Origin: Pseudomonadota bacterium
GTDB taxonomy: Bacteria; Desulfobacterota; Anaeroferrophillalia; Anaeroferrophillales; Tharpellaceae
Direction of reading: 5' to 3'
Length of the DNA: 64,000 nt
Assembly (NCBI GenBank): GCA_011049115.1
Contig: DSCM01000133.1
Span: forward strand, 6,849-70,848
Position numbers and translations under genes: made by a program. The notes beneath the pieces are model-generated. The model had not been told where the DNA came from. It saw nothing but the letters and a program-made list of their open reading frames with translations, and searched no databases. Below are positions 38,470-48,639 of this stretch, one piece after another. Each line of letters opens with the position of its first letter. Within the stretch, counting starts at the first letter, position 1.

Positions 38470-39309
38470 ATGATAAAAGTCTCTACCCAGGAATTTCAGA
38501 TCTACTGCAAATATGTGTACGATATCTGCGGTATCAACCTGGCCTCCAATCAAAGCTACCTGATCGAAACCAGGCTCGCTCCTCTGCTGAAAAAATTCTC
38601 CTGCAACAGCTTTACCGAGCTTTATAACCAAGCCCGCGGCGACCGCCTGAAAAAAATCGAGCAGGAAATTATTGACGCGATCACCACCAATGAAACCTAT
38701 TTTTTTCGCGACAAATCGCCCTTTGATTTGCTGCAATTTAAAATCATCCCCGACCTGATTGATAAGCGTTCAGGCCGTTCCGGTCTTCCGCCAAGCCTCA
38801 GGATCTGGAGCGCTGCCTGTTCTTTCGGTCAGGAAGTCTACAGCCTTGCCATCACCCTGCGCGAGCTGCTCGGCAACGATCTCGGGAAATTCCGGATTTC
38901 CATTATCGGAACCGACATCTCCGACGAGGCGATTTCACGTTCAAGTTACGGCCTTTATAACCAGTTCGAGATTGAAAGAGGCCTGCCCCCCGAGAAACTC
39001 AGGCTTTATTTCAACCCGGTGGATAATGGATGGCGCATCAAGGATGAGCTGCGGTCACTGGTTTCCTTTCGCAAGCTAAACCTTTTGCAACCATTTACGG
39101 CCTTGGGCAAATTCGACATCATCTTGTGCCGCAATGTGGCGATCTATTTCCCCCTGCCCGACAAGGTTAAACTTTATGAAAAGATTGCCTCATCCCTGGT
39201 TCCCGATGGTTACCTGATGATCGGAGCGCAGGAGAGCCTGACCGGCATCACCAGCCTCTTTGAACCCAAACGTTATCTACGCTCAATTTTCTATCAGCTG
39301 AAAAATTAA
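38470..39309 (+). CDS. cheR: chemotaxis methyltransferase CheR
   Basis: TTNETYFFRD, IWSAACS.GQE.YS, GTDIS, FDIILCRNV.IYF. Confidence 0.93.
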   Translation: MIKVSTQEFQIYCKYVYDICGINLASNQSYLIETRLAPLLKKFSCNSFTELYNQARGDRLKKIEQEIIDAITTNETYFFRDKSPFDLLQFKIIPDLIDKRSGRSGLPPSLRIWSAACSFGQEVYSLAITLRELLGNDLGKFRISIIGTDISDEAISRSSYGLYNQFEIERGLPPEKLRLYFNPVDNGWRIKDELRSLVSFRKLNLLQPFTALGKFDIILCRNVAIYFPLPDKVKLYEKIASSLVPDGYLMIGAQESLTGITSLFEPKRYLRSIFYQLKN

Positions 39310-39324
39310 ACTTGGACTTCGCAC

Positions 39325-39360
39325 AAAAAAAGGAGGCGCTGAGTAAGCACCTCCTTTTTT
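39325..39360. terminator. bidirectional terminator
   Basis: A-run GGAGGCGCT-loop-AGCACCTCC T-run between convergent cheR and the HEAT-receiver gene. Confidence 0.75.
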
Positions 39361-39385
39361 CGCACAATAGATTCCCCGCGATTTT

Positions 39386-41020
39386 TCAACCCAAATAACG
39401 GGCCAGGGCCACACCGATACTTTCCTGGGTAAACGGTTTATGCAGAATTTCATTGACCCCGGCCTCTTTTGCCGCCTCGTTATCATGATTGTCATTCTGC
39501 GTGGTCACCATCAGGATCGGCAATTCACTTTTGCTGAACGTTCGGCGTAAACGACGGGTCACTTCAATCCCGGTAATCCCTGGCATGTTAAGATCGGTCA
39601 GAACGGCATCGGGTTTGAGCCGGCAGACTTCCACCACCGCGCTTTCCGGATCCATAAAGACATAGGGCTCGTAGCCAAGGACATGAAGCATACTTCGGTA
39701 AATCCCCAAAATCATCTTGGAATCATCAATCGCCACAACCTTCTTTACGGTTTTGCCGGCGGCAATCCCAGGAGAAACATTTCCGAGTTCTTCCGCTTCA
39801 CTGACATAGCCATTAGCTTGAAGGACATTACGAAAGAATTCCAGCGTATCGGCATGAGCCTTTTGCGTAAGGTAGCGAAAGGCCTGCTCACGGAAAAAAT
39901 CAAGTTCGAGAAGATCAAGAAAGATGTTGCCGCTCTGCGTCGTGATAATCGTTTGCACAAGTCCCTGGGCTTCCCGATCCCCGGGCCTGACCATATTTTT
40001 AAGCCCGGCGGCAAGAATTTCATTATAGTTTCGGTCAATCGCGGCAGCCGCCGCCGAACGCACATTGGCAACCGGATCATGCAGACCTGAAGCCAGGGCG
40101 TACGCCCCTTTGGTCAAGGGCAGACGACCAAGGGTTTCGTAAGCGGCAAAGCGAACATTGGCATCCTGCGGCTGCTGATGAAGAAGTTTACGAATCGGGG
40201 CAATCGCCCCTTCATCCCCTATCTCACCCAGAACATTGAGCGTGTGAATAAGCAGATCGGGATCATTATAACGCAGATTTTCAGAAAGCAGCGGCACGAC
40301 CTTGCTCCCCAGCGCGACCAGTTTTTCCTTGCCCGCCGAGCGGATATGGGCGTACTGGGAAGTCAGGGTTTTATTGAGTTTTTCAAGCGCCTCCCGGCTT
40401 TGCACCGCAGAGAAAACCTCGAGAATGGCTGAATCAAATCTTTTTTCCCGACCCAGCTTTTCATCAAGACGCTGCATCGCGGTGGATGAGCCCAAACGTC
40501 CCAAAGCCTGAATGGCGGTTTCCACCAGAACATCATCCTCGGTGTAGAGCAGCTCGGCAATGTTGGAGACCGCGCCCACATCTCCGATATCACCCAAAGC
40601 CCTGACCACCCTTTCGATAATATCGTGATCCTTTTCGTTGACGAGCATAGCCATCAGAACCTGATAAGCATCATCAAACCCCATTTCCCCGGCCAGATCA
40701 ATCAGAAACCCGCGACAATTTACTCGAGAATCCTGAAGAAACTCAAGGTAGATTGCCGGAACCTCGAGAATCCTGGCGACCAGGAGCTCCTTGAACTCGG
40801 GTAAAGAATCCGTCAGATAGGGGAAACGATCAAGAACCAGGGCCAGCAGAGGAATTGCGAACTCAGCCGAACTCAGCCGGAAGAGCTCAAGAGCCTGTTT
40901 TTGCACCTCCAAGTCCATCTCGGCAAGATGAGAAAGAACAACGGCGGCTTTTACGGCATCGTTTTCAGCGATATTATTCCTGATTTCAGTTATAAACGCC
41001 GCAGGTTTGATCTTCGCCAA
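39386..41020 (-). CDS. HEAT/PBS-repeat protein with C-terminal receiver domain
   Basis: Repeated ALG.IG helical pairs; AIDDS, LTDLNMP, VTT and HKPF receiver motifs. Confidence 0.85.
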   Translation of the reverse strand: MAKIKPAAFITEIRNNIAENDAVKAAVVLSHLAEMDLEVQKQALELFRLSSAEFAIPLLALVLDRFPYLTDSLPEFKELLVARILEVPAIYLEFLQDSRVNCRGFLIDLAGEMGFDDAYQVLMAMLVNEKDHDIIERVVRALGDIGDVGAVSNIAELLYTEDDVLVETAIQALGRLGSSTAMQRLDEKLGREKRFDSAILEVFSAVQSREALEKLNKTLTSQYAHIRSAGKEKLVALGSKVVPLLSENLRYNDPDLLIHTLNVLGEIGDEGAIAPIRKLLHQQPQDANVRFAAYETLGRLPLTKGAYALASGLHDPVANVRSAAAAAIDRNYNEILAAGLKNMVRPGDREAQGLVQTIITTQSGNIFLDLLELDFFREQAFRYLTQKAHADTLEFFRNVLQANGYVSEAEELGNVSPGIAAGKTVKKVVAIDDSKMILGIYRSMLHVLGYEPYVFMDPESAVVEVCRLKPDAVLTDLNMPGITGIEVTRRLRRTFSKSELPILMVTTQNDNHDNEAAKEAGVNEILHKPFTQESIGVALARYLG

Positions 41021-41133
41021 CCCAGAGCTCCTTCTTCAATCTACTGTAAAAGCCTTCGGACCCCATCACGGCAAAGCCTGCAACCGGGACGGTTCCGTTT
41101 ACAATTTTTCTGCAAGGATTTTCTCCGCAGGCT

Positions 41134-41316
41134 TCAGTCTTCATAGTAGCCGACATACCTTTTTTCAATCCACATGCCGACCAGCACCATCACGCCGCCG
41201 ACCCCGATCAAGAGGCTTGCCCAAAAATAGGAATTATGAATCAGCCACAGCGCGATGCCGCAGATAACCAGAAAGAAACCCAGCATTTCCAGCAGAGGTA
41301 TAAAAATTTTGTTCAT
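41134..41316 (-). CDS. small two-TM membrane protein
   Basis: 60 aa, two hydrophobic helices, AAGGGG upstream, co-oriented with neighbours. Confidence 0.6.
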   Translation of the reverse strand: MNKIFIPLLEMLGFFLVICGIALWLIHNSYFWASLLIGVGGVMVLVGMWIEKRYVGYYED

Positions 41317-41408
41317 CGCTACATATAACCCCTTATGTGCATTAAAAAAATGAAGCTATCCCCGAAAAGCACTTTCTCGGTCCCTCTGCGACGAAGGTTC
41401 TGCGTCCG

Positions 41409-42149
41409 CTAACCGGTCTGAGGCAGCCACAGGTTAAGATAACGGGAAAAGATGGAGAGATAGTCGAAAACGAGCAGCAGACCAATGACAATCAGAAAAA
41501 TGCCGCTGACCAGGCTGACTACCCGCAGGTAACGGTTAAAACGGGAAAAGTAAGCAAGAAAACTATTAAAAGCCAGCGCCGAAACCAAAAAAGGCAGGCC
41601 TAAACCCAAGGAATATGCCGCCAGCAGAAAAATCCCGCCGGCAACATTTCCCGAAGTCCCGGCATACAACAGAATACTGGCCAGAATCGGCCCGATACAT
41701 GGCGTCCAGCCTGCGGCAAAAGCGATACCGACCAGGACCGAGCCCAAGTAGCCCAAGGGCTTGTCATTGAATTCAAAACGTTTTTCGCGCTCAAGCAACC
41801 TCAACTTGACCAGCCCGGTTATATGAATCCCGAGAAAAATAACAATCACTCCGCCAACCCGGCGAATCAACTCCTGATTGGTCTGAAAGAAACTCCCGAC
41901 AAAGGTCGCCGAAGCCCCGAGGGAGACAAAAATCAGAGTAAAACCGAGAATGAAAAAAAGAGAGTGCAGGATTGTCCGCTGGCGCACCGCGCGACTCCGG
42001 TTATCATCGACCAACTCATCAAAAGAGATTCCGGTGATATAAGTCAGATAGGAAGGGATCAGGGGAAGAACACAAGGCGAAACAAAAGAGAAAATACCGG
42101 CCGTAAAGGCAATCAGCAGAGATACGTTTGAACTCGAAGTTTCCATCAT
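41409..42149 (-). CDS. ccdA: cytochrome c biogenesis protein CcdA
   Basis: SFVSPCVLPLIPSY and AAGWTPCIGPIL. Confidence 0.92.
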   Translation of the reverse strand: MMETSSSNVSLLIAFTAGIFSFVSPCVLPLIPSYLTYITGISFDELVDDNRSRAVRQRTILHSLFFILGFTLIFVSLGASATFVGSFFQTNQELIRRVGGVIVIFLGIHITGLVKLRLLEREKRFEFNDKPLGYLGSVLVGIAFAAGWTPCIGPILASILLYAGTSGNVAGGIFLLAAYSLGLGLPFLVSALAFNSFLAYFSRFNRYLRVVSLVSGIFLIVIGLLLVFDYLSIFSRYLNLWLPQTG

Positions 42150-42256
42150 ATACTCAATGATTTAAAAGGGTTTCGTAACTATTCACCAACCCGAAACGCT
42201 GGGAACACGACCCCCCGATTTCTTGTTTTTCACGTCTCAATACAGGCTGAAATCAA

Positions 42257-43372
42257 CTACGCTGAATAAGTTACAGGTTTTTTACATCTGAGCAACTGTT
42301 CCCGCAACAGGCCGACATCGACCTTGTCCTCCAGATAAGGATCTCCAAGGCCGTGCAGAAGTATCATCGAAAGCGTCTCTCCCGCCTTTTTGTCTCGACG
42401 CATCAAGGCAATCAGTTCATCAACATCCGCATCTTCCGGAATCTGCATCGGCAGACCGTAGAGTTCAACCAAGCGCAGAGCTCGGGAAAGTGAAGTTTCA
42501 GGCAGGAACCTCATGGCGAAAGAAAGCGACAAGGCGCAAACCAAACCGACGGCCACCGCCTCACCGTGCGCCATCCCCCGGTAGTCATACATCTTCTCGA
42601 GAGCATGACCGACGGTATGTCCGAGATTGAGCGCCGCGCGCACGCCAAGCAGATCGAATTCATCACGAACCACGTAATCGGCTTTTATGCGACTGCAAAA
42701 ATGGGCCATGATCGCCAGACTGCGTGGATTGCGGGCCAGGATTTCAGCGCGGTTCATCTCCAGAAAGGAAATAAAATCATCGCCGGCCAGCAGGCCGTAC
42801 TTGACCACCTCGCCCAAACCGGACAAGACTTCGCGCTCGGGCAGGCTCTTGATAAAATCAACCTCCGAAATAACCACTCGAGGTTGATAGGTTGTTCCGA
42901 TCAGATTCTTGCCGACCTCCAGATTAAAACCGTTTTTACCTCCGATAGAACTGTCAACCTGAGCCAGGATGGTGGTCGGCAACTGAATTAAATCAAGGCC
43001 CCGCATATAGGTCGCGGCGGCAAAACCAGCCAGATCACCAACCACCCCTCCACCCAAAGCGCAGATAAAACCATTCCGCTGCAGACCGGCGGCATAAAGA
43101 TTCTGATACAAACGCAGAAGCACGGCGTGGTTCTTATACTCCTCACCGTCCGGCAAGACAATCGCGCTGCTTTTGTAACCCGCATCCGCAAGCCATGCCT
43201 GCACCTGACTAAGATAAAGCGGGGCAACGGTTTCATTGGTAACCACCACACCCTGGTGACCACGCAGCCGCGGCAACAAAAGGCTGTCGCCGCCGGACTT
43301 GATCAACCCGGAACCGATATGAATCGAATAACTCCTGGATTCAAGAGCAACCGTCAGTTTGTAAGCCACCAT
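42257..43372 (-). CDS. aroB: 3-dehydroquinate synthase
   Basis: GGGVVGDLAGF, PTTILAQVDSSIGGK, LNLGHTVGHALE, HGEAVAVG. Confidence 0.93.
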   Translation of the reverse strand: MVAYKLTVALESRSYSIHIGSGLIKSGGDSLLLPRLRGHQGVVVTNETVAPLYLSQVQAWLADAGYKSSAIVLPDGEEYKNHAVLLRLYQNLYAAGLQRNGFICALGGGVVGDLAGFAAATYMRGLDLIQLPTTILAQVDSSIGGKNGFNLEVGKNLIGTTYQPRVVISEVDFIKSLPEREVLSGLGEVVKYGLLAGDDFISFLEMNRAEILARNPRSLAIMAHFCSRIKADYVVRDEFDLLGVRAALNLGHTVGHALEKMYDYRGMAHGEAVAVGLVCALSLSFAMRFLPETSLSRALRLVELYGLPMQIPEDADVDELIALMRRDKKAGETLSMILLHGLGDPYLEDKVDVGLLREQLLRCKKPVTYSA

Positions 43373-43375
43373 ACC

Positions 43376-44086
43376 CTAGAAATCACCACAAACCCGGCGA
43401 GAAATCTCAAGATAAGCTTCCTCAACCTTACCCAGATCTTGGCGGAAACGATCTTTATCAAGCTTTTCCAGGGTATGTTTGTCCCAGAGCCTGCAGGTAT
43501 CGGGACAAATCTCATCCGCCAGCAGTATCCCGCCCTGCCAGGAACCGAATTCAAGTTTGAAATCCACCAACAGAAGATCCCGGCTCAGCAGATAATCACT
43601 GAGAATGCGGTTAACCTTGAGTGCGGTCTCACGAATCTGGTCAATCTGCGCCGCGGTAGTCAGGCCAAAGACCAAAATATGATCGCGGTTGATCATGGGA
43701 TCGTTGAGGGCGTCATCCTTATAGTAAAACTCCACTATCGGCTGAGGCAGCCGCTCGCCCTCTTTCCGGCCCATTCTTTTCGCCAGGCTGCCGGCGACAT
43801 AATTACGAATAACAACTTCCACCGGAACGATATCAACCTTGCGCGCCAGCATTTCACGATCGGAAAACCGGCTGATAAAATGACTCTGGACGCCGTTTTC
43901 GGCAAGCAGGGTAAACAGTTTCGCTGAAACCCGGTTATTGATTACACCCTTGTCAAGAATGGTTCCCTTCTTGGCGCCGTTAAAAGCCGTCGCATCATCC
44001 TTGAAATAAAGAATATTCTTATCCGGATCATCCGTCGCATAGATGATCTTGGCCTTGCCTTCATATAGTTTTTCCCGCCGTTCCAT
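43376..44086 (-). CDS. purC: SAICAR synthetase
   Basis: LYEGKAK, FKDDATAF, LVDFKLEFG, LADEICPDTCRLWD, DKDRFR. Confidence 0.95.
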   Translation of the reverse strand: MERREKLYEGKAKIIYATDDPDKNILYFKDDATAFNGAKKGTILDKGVINNRVSAKLFTLLAENGVQSHFISRFSDREMLARKVDIVPVEVVIRNYVAGSLAKRMGRKEGERLPQPIVEFYYKDDALNDPMINRDHILVFGLTTAAQIDQIRETALKVNRILSDYLLSRDLLLVDFKLEFGSWQGGILLADEICPDTCRLWDKHTLEKLDKDRFRQDLGKVEEAYLEISRRVCGDF

Positions 44087-44116
44087 AGACGCAATACCCT
44101 TTCCCGACAATTATCA

Positions 44117-45412
44117 TTAAGCCTCGAAAACCCGGGCAAAAATTTTTCCCACCTGGCGCAACTGATGTTCCAGGCTGAACCTTTCTTCTATTGCAGAGGG
44201 CTGCAGATAAAGCGCGATATCTTTATCCCTGAGCAGGTACTCCTTAAAGGAACCACCATCATTAAAGGCCTGCATGGCGTTACGCTGCACCCAGCGGTAA
44301 GCGTCCTCACGAACCACCCCGGCCCGGGCCAGGGCCAGAAGAATCCCCTGTGAATAGATCGTCCCGCCGGTTAATTCAAGATTATGAAGCATCCGTTCCG
44401 GATAAACCACTAGTTTTTCCATCATCGCGGCAAAACGATGAAGCATAAAATCAAGCAGGATCGTCGCATCCGGGGCGATTACCCGTTCAACCGAGGAATG
44501 ACTGATATCGCGTTCGTGCCAGAGTGCAACGTTCTCCATCGCCGCCAGCGCCTGCGCCCGCACCAGCCGGGCCAACCCGCAAAGATTTTCGGAAAGCACG
44601 GGATTGCGTTTATGCGGCATGGCCGACGAGCCCTTCTGCCCGGCATGAAAGAATTCCTCCGCCTCGCCGACCTCGGTTCTCTGCAGATGACGAATCTCGG
44701 TCGCAAATTTTTCAATTGAAGCGGCCACCAGCGCCAAGGTTGTGAAGAAAAAGGCGTGTCGATCACGCTGCACGATCTGGCTTGAAGCCGGGGCCGGCTG
44801 CAAGCCCAGACGCCGGCAGACCGCTTCCTCAATTTCCGGCTCGATATTGGCGAAGGTTCCGACCGCGCCGGAAATCTTGCCGACCGCGATATCAGTGAGC
44901 GCCGCTTCCAGACGGCGCCGCTGGCGCTGCATTTCATCATACCAGATGGCAAACTTGAGCCCAACCGTTATCGGTTCAGCGTGAATTCCGTGCGAGCGCC
45001 CGATCATGGGACAATCCTTGAATTCAAAGGCTCTTTTCCTGAGCGCTGCCATAACTTTAGCCAGACCTGCAAGCAGCAGTTCCCCGGCCTCTTTCAGCTG
45101 TAGGGCCAGGGCTGTATCCAGGACATCGGACGAGGTCAACCCTAAATGAATAAAGCGCGAGGCCGGGCCGACATGCTCGGCCACCGAGGTCAGAAAAGCG
45201 ATGACATCATGACGAACCTCGGTTTCAATCTGGTTGATTCGAGAAATATCAAAAGCCGCCTTCGCCTTGATTTCCTGCCACGACGCGGCTGGAATCTCGC
45301 CATTATCGGCAAAAACCTCGCACACCGCCAGCTCCACTTTAAGCCAGCTGCTGAACTTATTTTCTTCACTCCAGATTCGACACATTTCCGGACGTGAGTA
45401 ACGTTCAATCAT
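44117..45412 (-). CDS. purB: adenylosuccinate lyase
   Basis: MIERYSRPEM, RHDV, GRSHGIHAEP, GSSAMPHKRNP. Confidence 0.95.
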   Translation of the reverse strand: MIERYSRPEMCRIWSEENKFSSWLKVELAVCEVFADNGEIPAASWQEIKAKAAFDISRINQIETEVRHDVIAFLTSVAEHVGPASRFIHLGLTSSDVLDTALALQLKEAGELLLAGLAKVMAALRKRAFEFKDCPMIGRSHGIHAEPITVGLKFAIWYDEMQRQRRRLEAALTDIAVGKISGAVGTFANIEPEIEEAVCRRLGLQPAPASSQIVQRDRHAFFFTTLALVAASIEKFATEIRHLQRTEVGEAEEFFHAGQKGSSAMPHKRNPVLSENLCGLARLVRAQALAAMENVALWHERDISHSSVERVIAPDATILLDFMLHRFAAMMEKLVVYPERMLHNLELTGGTIYSQGILLALARAGVVREDAYRWVQRNAMQAFNDGGSFKEYLLRDKDIALYLQPSAIEERFSLEHQLRQVGKIFARVFEA

Positions 45413-45469
45413 AATCAATAATCCTGATCCGGCCGCACCGGAACCCAAAAATCTAAAAAATAACCGCTC

Positions 45470-45967
45470 TCAAACAGAAGCGGTGGAGGCTTCTGCCAAA
45501 GGCTTACGACCACGTACCACCATCACTGAACAGCTGGAATTTTTAACCACGCTGTCAGCGACACTACCCATCAGAAACTTTTTAATCCCGGACCAGCCGT
45601 GCGAACCGACAAAAACCGCATCGAACCCGCCCTGTTCGGATTCATCGACGATCATCGAGGCGGGATGGCCCTCGATGATCCGACCCGTGACCTGAAAACC
45701 ACGCTTTTGCAGGCTGTCGATCAGCCCCGCCAGCTTATCTTGCAGAGCTCTCCGGCGTGAATCGTTAAAGCTCTGAATGGTTGCCAGATCATCAAAAGGC
45801 AGACTCATGCCGTCAAGACCTGACAAGGCGTAACCTTCTTCAAGAACGTTGATAAGCTGAAGCTCAGCCCCATAATTTTCCGCAAAGCGGGAGGCGACCG
45901 CGACCACATCGTCCGTCGCTGAAGAGAAATCAATCGCCACCAGGATTTTTTTAAAGCGTTCTGCCAT
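45470..45967 (-). CDS. universal stress protein
   Basis: KILVAIDFS and VGSHG...MGSVADSVV; GGAGG RBS. Confidence 0.88.
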   Translation of the reverse strand: MAERFKKILVAIDFSSATDDVVAVASRFAENYGAELQLINVLEEGYALSGLDGMSLPFDDLATIQSFNDSRRRALQDKLAGLIDSLQKRGFQVTGRIIEGHPASMIVDESEQGGFDAVFVGSHGWSGIKKFLMGSVADSVVKNSSCSVMVVRGRKPLAEASTASV

Positions 45968-46039
45968 AGAACCTCCTCCTCGCAAGCCGCCTCCATTTTT
46001 TGGAGAAGCGGGTTCTCTACCATTGCACCAGGACGATTG

Positions 46040-48595
46040 TCAAGTTTTAAGCTGCAACCGGCTAAAATCCAGATCGCGGTAAACTCGTTTTCGCGTGTCA
46101 GGCCCGAGCTTTTGCGCCATCTCGCCAAGGTATTCTTCCCGGGTCGGAAGACGGCCGTAAAGAGCGCTCACCGCCGCCAGTTCGGCCGATCCCAGATAGA
46201 CCCTGGCGTCCTTGCCCAGACGATTGTCGAAGTTACGGGTTGAGGTCGAAAAGACCACGGCACCGTCGGCAACCCGAGCCTGGTTACCCATGCAGAGACT
46301 GCAACCGGGAATTTCAATCCGGGCGCCAGCCTTGCCGAAAATGGCATAGTAGCCTTCTTTTCTCAGGGCTTCGGCATCCATGCGCGTCGGCGGAGCCAGC
46401 CACAACCGCACCGGCACCTGTCCGGCATGCCGCAGGATTTCACCCGCCGCGCGGAAATGCCCGATATTGGTCATGCAGCTGCCGATAAAAACCTCGTCAA
46501 TCTCGCGCGGGCACTGAGCCTGTCCCAGCACCTGACTTAACGTGGCGACATCGTCGGGATCATTGGGGCAAGCCAGAATCGGTTCCCGCACCGAATCCAG
46601 ATCGATATCAATCTCCGCCGCGTATTCGGCGTCGGCATCGCCCCGCAACAGATGGGGATGCGCAAGCCACTCCCGCATGGCCTGGGACCGCCGGGCCAGG
46701 GTGGCGGGCGCGCCGTAACCTTCGGCCAACAGACGTTCAATCAAAGCCACGTTGGAGTTCAGGAATTTTTTGACCGGCTCAAGACCGAGCTGCACCGTAC
46801 AGGCGGCGGCGCTGCGCTCGGCCGAAGCGTCGGAAAGTTCAAAAGCCTGTTCGCAGGAAAGCTCTTCCAATCCTTGAATTTCCAGAATTCTCCCGGCAAA
46901 GATATTCCTTTTATTCTCCTTGGCCACCGTCAGCAAACCCATTTCCAGGGCGCGTAACGGAATTGCATTAACCAGATCGCGCAGAGTGATGCCGGGCTGT
47001 AATTGCCCGTGAAAGCGAACCAGAACACTCTCCGGCATATCCAGCGGCATCATCCCGGCCACGGCGGCAAAAGCCACCAATCCGGAACCGGCGGGAAATG
47101 AAAGCCCCAGAGGAAAACGGGTATGCGAATCCGCCCCGGTACCCAGGGTATCGGGCAACAGCAGGCGGTTAAGCCAGGAATGAATCACCCCGTCCCCGGG
47201 TCTCAGGGAAAACCCGGCCCGTTCCTCGATAAAAACCGGCAGGGTGCGCTGCGTTTCGACATCGACCGGCTGAGGGTAGGCGGCGGTATGACAGAACGAC
47301 TGCATGACCAGGTCGGCGGAAAAATTAAGCGCCGCCAGTGCCTTGATCTCATCGCGGGTCATCGGCCCGGTCGTATCCTGGCTGCCGACCGTGGTTACCT
47401 TGGGTTCGACATAGCTGCCCGGTCGCACCCCCTCACAATCACAGGCCCGACCGACAATCTTCTGCGCCAAGGTAAAACCGGCGGTTGACGGCGGCGGGGT
47501 CAGTGGGCGGGCAAAAAAATCAGCCACGTTCAAACCGAGAACCCGACGCGCCCGGGCTGTCAATTCCCGACCCAGCAATAACGGAATCCGTCCTCCGGCC
47601 CGATATTCGTCAGCCAGAGTATTGGGCTGCAGGGAAAAACGGCTGATCACCCGACCATTTTTAATAATTTCTCCGGCATCAGGACGCAGACTGATCAGAT
47701 CGCCGTCAGCCAGTCCGGTAACCGGCGCCACGATGGGTAAAGCCCCGGAATCCTGGGCGGTATTAAAAAAAATCGGCGCGATAATACCGCCGATCACAAT
47801 GCCGCCGCCGCGTTTGTTGGGTACACCGGGCAGATCGTGCCCCAGATGCCACTGCAATGAATTAATCGCTGATTTACGGCTGCTGCCGGTACCGACGACA
47901 TCACCGACGTAAACCAGCGGATAACCTAGTTCCCGCAGTGCAGCCATGCGGGCCAGAGGCTTTTCCATGCGGGCGGCGAGCATGGCCAGGGCATGCAAGG
48001 GAATATCACTGCGGCTGGCGGCTTCCGCAGCCGGTGACAGGTCATCGGTGTTGGTCTCGCCGGGAACCTTGAAAACGGTCAGTTTGATTTCCTCCGCCAG
48101 GGCCGGACGTGCATAAAACCACTCCGCTCGGGCCCAGGACTGCAACAGCTGCTCCGCGCCGGCGTGAGATTGCTTGAATTTCTCGACCACCCAGGCAAAG
48201 GCGTCATAGATCAGCAAGGTATGTTTCAGGGCGAAAATCGCCGCCGCCGCGACCTCGGCTCGTTCATCTTCGAGGGCCTCCAGCAGGGGCGTGATATTGT
48301 AACCGCCGCGCATCATGCCCAGCCATTGCACCGCTGTGACGGCGTCAATGCCGCAATCTGGAGCCCGTCCGGCGATGACCTCGGCCAGGAAGTCGGCCTT
48401 GACTCCCGCCGCTTCATCAACTCCGGGATTAACTCGTTCCCGCAACCAATAATACATTTCCCGCCGTTCGCCGTCAGAGCTGCCCGGCAAGCATTTAATT
48501 ATCGCTTTCACCTCTGCGGCGCTTAAGGGCAACGGCGGAATCCCTAATTGCTGCCGCGCCGCCGCCGCCTTTCGATAGGCTTCGAGAATCTCCAT
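46040..48595 (-). CDS. acnB: aconitate hydratase B
   Basis: GETNTDDLSPA, VGTGSSRKSA, SQDTTGPMT, QSFCHTAAYP, DSHTRFP, FIGSCMTN, PGCSLCMGNQ. Confidence 0.95.
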   Translation of the reverse strand: MEILEAYRKAAAARQQLGIPPLPLSAAEVKAIIKCLPGSSDGERREMYYWLRERVNPGVDEAAGVKADFLAEVIAGRAPDCGIDAVTAVQWLGMMRGGYNITPLLEALEDERAEVAAAAIFALKHTLLIYDAFAWVVEKFKQSHAGAEQLLQSWARAEWFYARPALAEEIKLTVFKVPGETNTDDLSPAAEAASRSDIPLHALAMLAARMEKPLARMAALRELGYPLVYVGDVVGTGSSRKSAINSLQWHLGHDLPGVPNKRGGGIVIGGIIAPIFFNTAQDSGALPIVAPVTGLADGDLISLRPDAGEIIKNGRVISRFSLQPNTLADEYRAGGRIPLLLGRELTARARRVLGLNVADFFARPLTPPPSTAGFTLAQKIVGRACDCEGVRPGSYVEPKVTTVGSQDTTGPMTRDEIKALAALNFSADLVMQSFCHTAAYPQPVDVETQRTLPVFIEERAGFSLRPGDGVIHSWLNRLLLPDTLGTGADSHTRFPLGLSFPAGSGLVAFAAVAGMMPLDMPESVLVRFHGQLQPGITLRDLVNAIPLRALEMGLLTVAKENKRNIFAGRILEIQGLEELSCEQAFELSDASAERSAAACTVQLGLEPVKKFLNSNVALIERLLAEGYGAPATLARRSQAMREWLAHPHLLRGDADAEYAAEIDIDLDSVREPILACPNDPDDVATLSQVLGQAQCPREIDEVFIGSCMTNIGHFRAAGEILRHAGQVPVRLWLAPPTRMDAEALRKEGYYAIFGKAGARIEIPGCSLCMGNQARVADGAVVFSTSTRNFDNRLGKDARVYLGSAELAAVSALYGRLPTREEYLGEMAQKLGPDTRKRVYRDLDFSRLQLKT

Positions 48596-48639
48596 GAAAA
48601 TTTTCTCCCTGAATCCTGCAATTAAACGTTCCCCTAAAA

